Program-made: the position numbers and the translations under genes
NCBI RefSeq assembly: GCF_000143415.4
Contig: NW_003314290.1
Span: 1,664,454-1,728,453, forward strand
Source of the DNA: Selaginella moellendorffii
Lineage: Eukaryota > Plantae > Lycopodiophyta
Reading direction: 5' to 3'
Length of the DNA stretch: 64,000 bases
Notes under the pieces: generated by a model
Databases searched by the model: none
What the model saw: the letters and a program-made list of their open reading frames with translations, nothing else
Told to the model about the DNA's origin: nothing
Part shown: positions 1 through 10,010 of the stretch, one piece after another
How the letters are laid out: every line of letters starts with the position of its first letter
Numbering within the stretch: position 1 is the first letter of the stretch

Positions 1-8
1 AGGACGTG

Positions 9-2380
9 CTAAGCAGCAAACAAGAGGTTTCTGCCAAGGCAGTCACCCACGCGGTTAGAAGGCTCTAGAAAAGAAGTGTGCCAAACTCACTTCGAGTAAT
101 CGAGGTGATAGCTCACCACGCCGCTGAACAGGAACTCCGTCGAATAAATCTTAATCCCTGAAGTACCACCAGGCATAACTACACTCTCAAAACAAATCTT
201 ACTATATAATCGTACCCTTCTTGATAAGTGGTAAGCAATACTTTCGATCCTCCTCGCAAGAGATCACTAGACAACCCCCAGTGGCTTCGTTCTTCTTGAC
301 AATCTGCGTAACAGCAGTCAATACTTCCAATTCACACACATACACACACCTTTCCTCCCGCAGCTTTTACAACGGACTCCACCATGTCCAGTGGCTTCGT
401 ATTTGGAGTTATGTGCACTGGGATTCCCTGTTGATTTTGTCAAGCTTCATCGGTTCTGAGAGAAAAAGACGTGTGACTATACCTCCAACAGTAGCCTTTG
501 CTGAGCAGAAATATACGTTGAATGCATAGAAAACCCGAGCTCCTTCTCCTTCTTAGAGTCATCCACGATGAATTTCTTCTCGTCCACCGCGCACCCTGCC
601 ACGCTGCAGCTCTCTATCCACGCCAAATCCACAACGGGCTTTCCCGCAGCCAGGACTTCCAGCATATTGGCTGTTCTCAAGAACCTGTCCGTGATGAAGT
701 GTGTGCATTCCGCAGCTTTTTCCACGACCTGGAACTTGAGCTTCTTCAGCACCTAGCAGAACGTAACCGGTTACAAAAACTTGACAGGACCAGCTACAAA
801 CATGCTTACTTTCTTCTGCTCCTCGATCGTATCCTTGCCGAGGGAGTGACTAAACAGAACTTTAACTGGCCGTCGTCTGCTCCTTCTCGGTGTGTCGTCG
901 GCTATGATCAGCTTCTCCGCCTCACTTTTTCGCTTCCTAGCCGTCGACTTGCTGCCCTTCGTTACAGCTTCAGCAGAAACGGCATCGTTACTCGTGCTTT
1001 TAGGAGTCTGTGGATCTACTTGCGGTGCTGTAAAAACTACCTGATCAGCGCGCCTTGGGGAAGCCTTTCTACGCCTTTTACCTCTAGCGGTACTGCGTGG
1101 AGGCGCGGTTTTCCGTTTGTTCGTGCTCGGCTTACTTCCCGTCGCCACCGAAAGAGGCGTTTTACCCTGTTCTTCAAGCGCCTCAGAGACTTTTTCTTCA
1201 TCCAAAACCTGCGCTGGCTGGTCACCTTCTGCTGCTAGCACCCCGGCTTTCATGAGCGGATCCTCCTGGCTCGTTACGAAATCATATACTGAAGAAGGGT
1301 CGTCCCGCTGGAGCTGTACGATGCGAGAGGCGAGCACGTTCATCTTCTTGTTTTCCACGTCAAAGTCACCGAGTTGAGCCTCTTGAGAGAAATCGCCGTT
1401 TGTGGACACCAACCGTTCCAGCGCCTCAAGAGCAATGGCCTGCGACTCCTCTCCCGGATCCTGAGAATTAAGATAGCTGAGCTCCCTCACGGGAGCTACG
1501 ATCGCACTCAGAGGTTGCGCAGGGTGACGGTGATCTTCGCCTGGAACACTCTTCCCATCGAACAAGACCTTTCGAATTTTGTCCAGAGAATTCTCCTGCT
1601 GAGGACTAGCCGAGTCCGACTTTTTGTCCCGGTTCTCTGTCGACTTCTTGTTGTTCGAGCACAATGCCGGGACAAGGCTGATGTTCTTGAGAGTTTGAGA
1701 GACGGGAGTTGACGCTGAGCAACTGGCTCCACCGTTCGAAGTCACCAGATTCTCTTCCACAAGCGATGGCGCTGGCTTGAAGACGTCGAAAGCAATCGTG
1801 GAAGTCTTGGCCTGCTTAATACCCCATTGCAAGACAAACTTGGCCGAATCGTCCACTTCAACTTTTTCCTGTGGATCCTTCTCTAGCTCTAGCTTGGATA
1901 CCAACCTCTCGTAAGCCGCCATGGCTGATCCACGCAGCGACTGCACACGTATCGACGCCAAGCTCTTTGCTTTTTTCTCTTCCACCGGATTTTCCAGCCC
2001 TGCGTGCTCCATGCCAAAAATTTGGGTGCTCTCGTACTGGGGACTCTCCAGCAGCTGCGTCCCAAGAATCAGGGTCGGTTGGACTGCCAAGAAACCAAGA
2101 ATCTCTCTCAATCGCATGCCGCGAGAAGCACAGCCATACCTTCATCGTCGTGCTCCTGAATCTTGGACGAGGCCGTGTCCTGGACGCCTCCAGCTCCAGC
2201 TTCTTCGTCATCCACAGTGGTGGCATCGGACAGCGCCTTCTCGACGCCATCGCCCCGGGCATCGACAACGCAATCGCCGCCGCCGCCGCCGCCGCCATCG
2301 CTGTGCGCCTCCTGCTGGGTGTCGTTGCCAAGAATCAGGGTTGGCTGGAAGTCGTCGTCACAGCTCTCGTCCCCGCCCAT
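9..2380 (-). CDS. Tandem-BRCT DNA-damage protein, BCP3/BCP4 (plant MDC1 counterpart)-like; multi-exon
   Basis: Acidic N-terminus; LSYLNSQDPGEESQAIALEALERLV matches the SQSQ motif; C-terminal BRCT pair (VLFS...CTHFITDRFLRTANMLEVLAAGKPVVDLAWIESC...IYSTEFLFSGVV); GT-AG introns. ATG 2380 and stop at 9-11 inferred from splicing. Confidence 0.8.
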
Positions 2381-2864
2381 GGCAAAAGGCCCAGAAACAA
2401 ATATTCCGTCGCCTCGTTTTTGCAGGAAGCATATTCTGTTAGGGCGTTGGCAAATTCCGTTAGTTTTGAAAAGCATTTGGCGCCAATTTGAAAATGCTCC
2501 ATAAGGAAAACTCTAAGCCAGTAGTAAATTTTATGGCGCTTGCCAAGTAATATAATTCGTTTTAAGAGACTTTTGATTGTCTGCTAGCATCCCATGAATG
2601 AATTATGAATGAGTTCTCTTGGCAAATGCAAACATCATTATTGCATCGGCAAGCCCTAATGTTTCCAAATTGTCAATGGTTTTTCTAGCTATTGGTTGTG
2701 ATAGAGAAAACTACATAGCAGCATTCTCAAATTAATTTAATTTGCACCTCTCATAGCCAAGGTTTGTTTGAAAGGCGAAAACAATAAAAAACTATCTTGA
2801 GAAGGCACTCGGGACTGAATATCACTAAATAATATCTTTTTCCTTATATATCGCTGTTGTAACA

Positions 2865-4064
2865 TCATCTTTCACCAGTTTCTTCCCATCCTCTAGCGCT
2901 AGCAGCAGCTTGTGCTGCATCAAGAGAACCCTTACTTTCAAGCCCCTTCAGGAACAAGTCTGTTTGGCCAGGATTGATTCGGTATGGAGTGTATGCATGA
3001 CAAGGAAAAGCACCACTGGAGACCTCTGCGCGATATTTGGCGAGGCCTTCTTGAATAACATCTCCCACTTTAGCAAATTGTTTACAAAACTTGGGTGCAA
3101 CCTATCACAAGAATGCAATTAAGCCAAAAGAAAATATGAGATATTGTTTTACCTTTGTGTGCTGAGGATGCATCATTCCTAGAAGATCATGATAAACTAG
3201 GACCTGGTATTGTATGTTTTTAATATACGACTTGTAAATAAACCATAAGTTTACCTGGCCACTGCAAAAGGGTCCGGCTCCTATTCCAATTGTTGGTATT
3301 TTCAGTGATGAAGTTATCGCAGCGCCAACGGGCGAAGGTACACACTCGAGAACAATAGCGAAGCACCCAGCAGCTTCCAAGAGTAATGCTTGCTCCAGCA
3401 ACTAAAGTCACAGAAACACAATCAGAATATAGTTGAGAAGAGATTTCATTTACCTTCGTAGCATCTTCAGAAGTCAGCCCTTGTGGTCGGAAGCCACCAA
3501 GAACACCGATTGACTGTGGTGTGAGACCAATGTGTCCCATGACAGCAATTCCAGCATCGTGAATTGCCTTCACTGCTGTGATTCGAGATGCACTACCACC
3601 CTCTAGCTTAATTGCATCCATTCCTCCTTCCTTGACAAGGCTCACTGCGCTCTCTACGGCCTGATAGATCAAACAAACGATAAGGCAAAACAACATTTGA
3701 TATATAGCATGGAATCAAAGCAAACCTGCTGGGGTGCCTGTTCGTAGCTCCCGAAAGGAAGATCCCCAACAAGGAACGATTTGTTGGCTCCTCGTTTAAC
3801 AGCCTTACAGTGTGACAACATCTCTGTCATGGTTACTGGTAGTGTTGTATCATAGCCATGGGCAACCATTCCTATAGAAAAAAAAAAGGAGTACACTTCA
3901 GAAAATACTGTGACCTTACCTGCAGAATCCCCAACTAAACACATATCTATGCCTGCCTGATTTACGTGAACTGCACTAGGATAATCATATGCTGTAACCA
4001 TAGTGATTGGTTCCTTTCTTGCGTACTTCGATTGCAAGTACCTCATAGTCACCTTTTGAGCCAT
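2865..4064 (-). CDS. panB: 3-methyl-2-oxobutanoate hydroxymethyltransferase (KPHMT)
   Basis: Motifs [53 protein letters not shown] and VLVYHDLLG across short-intron exons. Confidence 0.95.
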
Positions 4065-4431
4065 GACACAAACTTTAAAACCTAAAAAGTTTATACGAAA
4101 AGGGTTGAATTTATAACCGTGGATTTAGACACATGACAGATTCAATCTGGAGCGTCGGATACGGTGCATCGACGGCTGAGAGCCAACAATCTTATTAGGG
4201 TTTCTCTGCTCTTTGAGTTAGTTTAATTTTAGTTTTACGCTTTTAAACTTTTAAAGTTAATTTAAGATTCCCATCGATAGAATTGTCAATGCTTCCAAAA
4301 AGGCGAATCTTGACGCTTTCGGTCCCGGGCACTCCAAGCAAATCCCTCTCCCACGTTCTCTTTGTTCAATGCTGGTTTCCAGTAGTTTATAGATTTCTAT
4401 CTTGAACATTTCTTCCATATCGAAGCTAGCG

Positions 4432-4875
4432 CTAGTAGCTCGCAGCAGCTTCCCCAAGTCTTTTGATCCCCCACCGCAAGAACTCCTCTTGCTCCTGCCG
4501 GTTCTTGGTGCTCCTGGAGCTCATCTGGAACGACCAGCGCACCAGAGTGGTGGTGGTTCCGGCCCGCGAGAGCTCGAGCGTGGCATCGTACTCCTCCAAT
4601 CCCATGTTTCCTTCCACCATCTCGTAGGACAGGCAGTGATTCTCATCATCCAGCCTCACCATCCTCTCCTTGACCCAGGTCACTTGCCCATCGGGCCGCG
4701 GAAACGATCTCACGAGCCTCACGCCCTCTTCGATCCGGAGGCACTCCTCCACCGTCGGCACCCATCGCCCAAGCTCGTAGAAGTCCGCCGCGATCCGCCA
4801 CACCGTCTCCACCGGCGCCGCAATGCTTCCAAGCACCATTCCTTGCGCTCTATATGCTCCACACTGGCAGTCCAT
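4432..4875 (-). CDS. START/SRPBCC (polyketide cyclase 2, lachrymatory-factor-synthase-like) protein, intronless
   Basis: IAAPVETVWRIAADFYELGRWVPTVEEC...GVR...WVKERM...LSYEMVEGNMGLEEYDATL...VRWSF is the helix-grip fold pattern. Confidence 0.85.
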   Translation of the reverse strand: MDCQCGAYRAQGMVLGSIAAPVETVWRIAADFYELGRWVPTVEECLRIEEGVRLVRSFPRPDGQVTWVKERMVRLDDENHCLSYEMVEGNMGLEEYDATLELSRAGTTTTLVRWSFQMSSRSTKNRQEQEEFLRWGIKRLGEAAASY

Positions 4876-5068
4876 GGTATGGAGAATGGAGGAGAAAAAA
4901 GAAATCGAGCGAGCGAGCTAGAGAGAAATCCAGAGATCTTGATTCTTGATCGCGAGAAAACCCCAGCAACTGGGAGAAACGCAGAGTTTATGGATAGATA
5001 ACTGTTTATGAGACAAACACCCGAGAGAGGTGCATTTAAACCAGATACTGCGGGACCAGATACTAGCA

Positions 5069-5228
5069 ACGTGGCCACATTCCAGCCATCCACAACGCCA
5101 GCCACGTGGTACAATCGCCTTCGTTGCATCGCTGGCCGTTTTGACACATCTGGGCCGTCCGGCGGGGCCAGATCGTGTATCGCATGACACACGTGGCCAG
5201 TGGTCACTAATCCACTTGTGCCACGTGG
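5069..5228. promoter_or_regulatory. Cluster of four ABRE/G-box elements in a divergent promoter
   Basis: ACGTGGC 5069-5075, GCCACGTGG 5101-5109, CACGTGGC 5190-5197, GCCACGTGG 5220-5228. Confidence 0.65.
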
Positions 5229-5461
5229 ATGATAGAGAAGTTCTTGCGTCACTGCTTAGTGTGAATGAAAGATCCAGCCAAACAATGTGCGTATTCTAAT
5301 TGCAGTGGAACACAAATTTTAATAGCGACAGCGCAATTACCCCCAGAGGTCCCGGCGGCCAAAGCGCTTGCCGGATCTTCCGTGTTCATCCCAGCTTCTT
5401 CCAAGTTTCTTCCAAATTTTGTTCTTCCAGGACTTTTTTCCTCCAGAGACTTGTTCTTCGC

Positions 5462-5947
5462 ATGGAGCTCGCGAATCGCAATGCTAGCCCTTCTCCCAGG
5501 AATCGCAAGCACCACCACAAGAGAGTTCACGGATTGGTAGCCGCGACGATCTCAGTCCCACTCCACAAAGCCTGGAAGATCGTGTCGGATTTTTACGACC
5601 TCGCGTCCTGGGTGCCAACGATTCGAAAGTGTTACGAGATCAAACCGGGAGTCCGCTACGCTGAGTCTGTTCCAAGCAGCAATGGTAAGTTCCGGTGGGT
5701 GGAGGAGGAACTCACGGCCTTCTCCGCCGCCAGGTACAGCATGAGCTACAAGATAATTGCAGGGAACTTTGGCCTCCAAGACTACTCCGCCACTGTCAAG
5801 CTCGCCAAGAGCTGCGATGGGAGCAAAACGATCGTCCGCTGGTCTTTTGGAATGAGCATCATGAGTGAGAAAACGAAGGAGCAGCAAGAGCTTTACCTCA
5901 GGCAGGGAATCCGGAGCCTCGAGAGAGCGGCGACGAAGATCTCGTAA
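5462..5947 (+). CDS. START/SRPBCC (polyketide cyclase 2) protein, intronless paralogue of 4432-4875
   Basis: ISVPLHKAWKIVSDFYDLASWVPTIRKC...PGVR...WVEEEL...MSYKIIAGNFGLQDYSATV...VRWSF. First in-frame ATG at 5462. Confidence 0.85.
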   Translation: MELANRNASPSPRNRKHHHKRVHGLVAATISVPLHKAWKIVSDFYDLASWVPTIRKCYEIKPGVRYAESVPSSNGKFRWVEEELTAFSAARYSMSYKIIAGNFGLQDYSATVKLAKSCDGSKTIVRWSFGMSIMSEKTKEQQELYLRQGIRSLERAATKIS

Positions 5948-6138
5948 AATCCTGCCTGTCCTGTGATGCTTTTATATCTCTGACGATATTTGTCTGGTTG
6001 TCTGGTTGTTGATCACGGGATCGAAGAAATAAATTTCATGGGAAAGTTTTTAGTTTATACTTGTTTGTTTCGAGATCTCCTGGCCAAGGAATCAAACAAC
6101 GAAAGAGAAAGCACGAGCGTAGAAGTTTTAAAGAAAGT

Positions 6139-6802
6139 TTAACAGCGAAGTGGAGCTGGAGTGCCAAATTTCATGGCGTGCGCGGCATCAAACGCTGGCC
6201 GGAGCTCGCTGATAACTTGAGCATCCAGGTAACTATCGCAAGCGAAACACCATACGGACAAATCCCTGCCAGATTCGCAAGAGAAAAACAAGGAAGCTCA
6301 TGAGCGAACAAGGCAAAAAACCAAGAGAGAAAGACACAGAAATTCCACCTGTAGCTTAAAGCCGATGGATGACCAAACTCTTGGAAGTGTGACAACATAT
6401 GTCCATTGATGAATCGTCCACACAAGACTTTTCGGCAGCTCAAGCACACCCAATTCTCGCGATGATCGCCGCAGCTGCGGACGAAAGGAAAAAAACAAAT
6501 CAAGGAAAACAACAAACAAGCGATGGGAGAGAAAAGAGAAAGATCAGTCAAGCACTCAATCCCGAGGGATTGTCAGGAAATGGAGATCCCACCCACATAC
6601 ATTGCACAGGGCGCATCAAATCGAGGCAAGAGAGGCGCGTTGCAAACTCGATCGAGATGCGGACAGCTCGTCCTGGCCTCCACCCAGCCAGAGTCCTCGC
6701 CGCATCCTGACAAAGCCTACACAAAATCGAGCTAGAGCAAGAAAATTTCTCTGGCGGACAGACCTCAAGGCCTCCCTGGCTGCCGCTAGTAGAGCCTGCC
6801 AT
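6139..6802 (-). CDS. Stand-alone HDAC6-type ubiquitin-binding zinc finger (zf-UBP/BUZ) protein
   Basis: Spliced reading gives [13 protein letters not shown]...[30 protein letters not shown]...[21 protein letters not shown]...HAMKFG. Confidence 0.85.
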
Positions 6803-7626
6803 AGCCACAGCCCGCACAACCCTAAACCCCTAAAGCAAGACGAAGTGTTCCGGTTGACGTGGCAAACGGCCCACTCCGCTTTTTCCCACGTGTGATGAAC
6901 AGTGTACAGGTAAAGAGCTGCCCCATTGTAGCTATATAGTTTATTGATAGTATTTTTCGTTTTTGATGTCCAGAATGGAAATCAGAATGCAACAGTTGGA
7001 GGCGGATCTGGAGGCAGAAACAACCAATTTCCAAGAAGCACGAAGAAGATTCAACTGGCAATTTACGAGGAGATTGCAAAAGTTTTCCTCTTCAACTAAT
7101 TAACAAGCTTTGGAGCAGTTGGTTCAAAGCTTAAGTGAGAAGGGAGACGATGGAACCTTACACCCAATTCAGAACAGTTTTGGAAATTCTCTGAAGAGGA
7201 CAATTCCTCTGGTTGAGAAAATATGCAACGCAAAACTGGAGTGCAAAAAAGTCTCTAACACTAAGCTTGAATTTTGTTTTTGTTGGGCTTATTTCAAGTG
7301 AGCTGTTAAGTGTTTTGTGACACCAAGTCGATTGCCTTGGCACCGCCGGTCACTGTAGAGATTTGTGAAGGGATACAGCAGAGTAGGCAGAGTGTTGCAT
7401 CAAACTATCTGAGCTTCTTAGGGCTATGATAAAAACGATCGCATCGTGCAAACGTGTAGCCTACATCACCAAGAGCGTGGAATTCAGCCTCTACCACAGG
7501 AATGCTGGCGAAGTAGCGTGGCTGCGTGGTAGTCTCGCTAATGGGTTGTCATTTCCAATAGTTTAAGTATGAAGAAATTATATAATTAGGTTTGGTTGCC
7601 GCTTCACCTTAAAAATCTTATAAACC

Positions 7627-8100
7627 TTATCTTTCTCCCCTTTGTTCTGGGGTCAGTCCACCTTTGCCACATCTTGGGCAGCTCACATATCCAAAGCCTT
7701 GGCAATCAAAGCATCTGGAGAGTAGAATTTAGTGCTTCCATGAGGGATTCGCAAGGAATTGTGCCAAAGTTCTTACTTCCATCGCTCGAAAACATTGCCA
7801 TTCTTCTTGTTCTTGCCAGTTCCCTGCAACCCAATTCGATTGCCACATTGTTTTGTCAAGGGGGTTTTTGGAGTCGAGTTCTCACCTTGCATCCCTTGCA
7901 CTCCATGGCGCCTTTGCCTTTGCAAGTCGCGCAATTTCCCCCCTGGAATGTATGGCAATCGCAGCACTCGCATAAAATCATCCGGGGGAACTTACCTTGT
8001 CGAGCGCTGCTCGAGAGATTACTCCATCGCGTTTCCTCCCTCCCAATTTCGCGTTCCAGGGGAGGGAGACGCTCGGAGAACAAAACGAAAGCATCGCCAT
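7627..8100 (-). CDS. Plastid DnaJ-like CxxCxGxG zinc-finger protein (ENA / At3g17668-like)
   Basis: Transit-like N-terminus, then CATCKGKGAMECKGCK|GTGKNKKNGNVFERWK|CFDCQGFGYVSCPRCGKGGLTPEQRGER* over four exons. Confidence 0.85.
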
Positions 8101-8248
8101 AGCCACTTTAAAACTTTTGGCGCCAGAAATTTAAAAATGTCGTGGATAGGGGCTGATGTGGGCACATGTCGACGCGCCAAGTGGATAGGTTTTAAGTCTT
8201 GCGTGGCAATCCGGCGAGAATGCCGCCCTGCTCCGGAGCTCGATTGCG

Positions 8249-9690
8249 ATGGCGGCCGCCTCCTCCAGCCCCAGCCCTACGCCCAATGCCAACGCCAGCG
8301 TCGGCGCATTTGAGGCGCTCCACGACTGCACTGCCGTCGACTCGCCCGATCGATGGCTCACTTGCAACATGGAGTATGGAAATTTCTACAAGCTCTCCCG
8401 CCCAGCGTCGGCGGCGGTGGCCAGGCGCGCCGAGGTACGCTTCCAGCCCTAGGCTAGATCCCCCAGAGTGATCGATCATGGGTCGCCAGGGTTTTTGAGT
8501 AGCCGTGATTTCAATGGGCGCAAGCAAGCGACTAAACGAAACGATGGAAATTTTTTGTTTCTTGGTTTCTTGTTCTAGGCGCTGGCGGAGAAGCAAAAGC
8601 AGCAGCAGCAGCAGCGGCCACAGACCGTGCCCAATCTAAATCTCGAGGCGCTGCACGAGAAATGCGAGAAGAAATGGGAGTTGCTTACCAAGCAGCTGGA
8701 GGAGTGCCGGAGCGAGGTGGAGCAACTCCGGCTACAAAAACGCGATCAAAAGCCTGGTGATCTCTTGTGATCTCTCTTCCAACATCCCAAGTTCGGTAAA
8801 AAATAAAAAGTCAATTGATCGAAGTTGCTGATTGTTTCTTCTTCTTTTTATTTCAGAGAGTCCTAGAATCAGTCCTCGCAGCAATAAAAGCAGCCCTCGC
8901 GGAAACAAGACGTGTCGTGGAGAGTACTACGACGACGAGACCCCGCTTACAACCTCTCGCTGCGAGCACGACCGGGCTCAAAGCTCTCCCGGAAGATCTT
9001 CGTATGGCGACCGAAAAGCGTACGAAGGCAAGATCTACGTAGGGAAGAAGGACGACACTGGAAGAAGCTCGCCGGCACACAAAGTCTTTAACATTTACAT
9101 CAGGTATCCAAGAGAGTCTTCTCGTTTTTCTCCTTTTTCTCACGGCACGATCGAATCCACAGGAGAAGTCCATCGCCAAGTCGAGACAATGAAGAAGATA
9201 CCCAGCGATACGAAGATAAACGCCAGCGCTACGAAAACAAACACCAGCAACGTTACGAAGACGAACACCAGCAACGCTACGAAGACAAACAATCGCAACG
9301 CTACCGCCAGGAAGAAGATCTCGACGACGACGAGTTTTGCGACAAGTGCAAGATGATGGAGCGCCCCGGGAGCTCGCAGACGCAGCTCGACGATGTCATC
9401 CCTCCGCCGCGGCCGAGGCGAGTCAAGAAGAAGTGGCGAAAGCAGCGGCAGGACAGGGATCAAGCTTCCGACTCATCGGTTCATCCGGCAACTTCAAAGT
9501 ACAATTACTACAAGTACTACGGTATTTCTACAAGCTTTCAGGGGATGGAGGTTTTCTCACCGATACTGTGCGTTTCCATGTCTGCTGCTGCGCAGGTTTT
9601 GCAGGCCATGGTGCTAAGACGAGCTGGGGACATAACTTTCCTCTGGGATTGGTTCCACCGCATTCCGTGAGAGCTCCACCAGAGTTGTAA
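8249..9690 (+). CDS. Uncharacterised 5-exon protein A (coiled coil plus disordered region; shares terminal motifs with protein B at 53357-55787)
   Basis: Exons 8249-8434, 8579-8756, 8857-9103, 9163-9521 and 9596-9690 join in frame via GT-AG introns. The 3' end may have one more exon. Confidence 0.75.
9202..9310 (+). repeat. Coding tandem repeat, ~5 copies of 21-24 nt (QRYE[D/N]K[H]Q)
   Basis: Translates as TQRYEDKRQRYENKHQQRYEDEHQQRYEDKQSQRYRQ in the spliced frame. Confidence 0.8.
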
Positions 9691-10010
9691 GCTTCTTTTT
9701 AACTCGCTTTTCCTTTCGATTTCTCTCGAGCTTATCAGCGTGATTCCAGAGTTGTTCCCGAGGATATCATGTTTCGAAGGAATGTGTAGTAAGAAGTTTT
9801 TCTCGTGTTTTTTCTTCTTCGTTTCTTTTGTTCTTCTCTCCTCGTGATCTTAGTTGTATAGATCTTCCAGGTGAAAATTGCTATGGTTCTTCTAGCGTTC
9901 TCCACCGCGAGCTGGATCGAAAAGCATTTCTCCGGAGGATGTGATGGGCTTGCCAAGAAATTTTCAGCGAGAATGTGGTCCTTGGCTCTAGCCGCTTGGC
10001 TAGGGCATGG

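Noticed and set aside
4432-5947. START pair as PYR/PYL ABA receptors
   Set aside because: Gate (SGLPA) and latch (HRL) motifs are absent.
6970-7400. Coiled-coil-like short ORFs
   Set aside because: Interrupted by stops, no recognisable homology.
8832-9356. 174-aa ORF ending in TKTNTSN repeats
   Set aside because: It reads through intron 3; the spliced frame gives QRYEDK repeats and connects to the conserved C-terminal motif.
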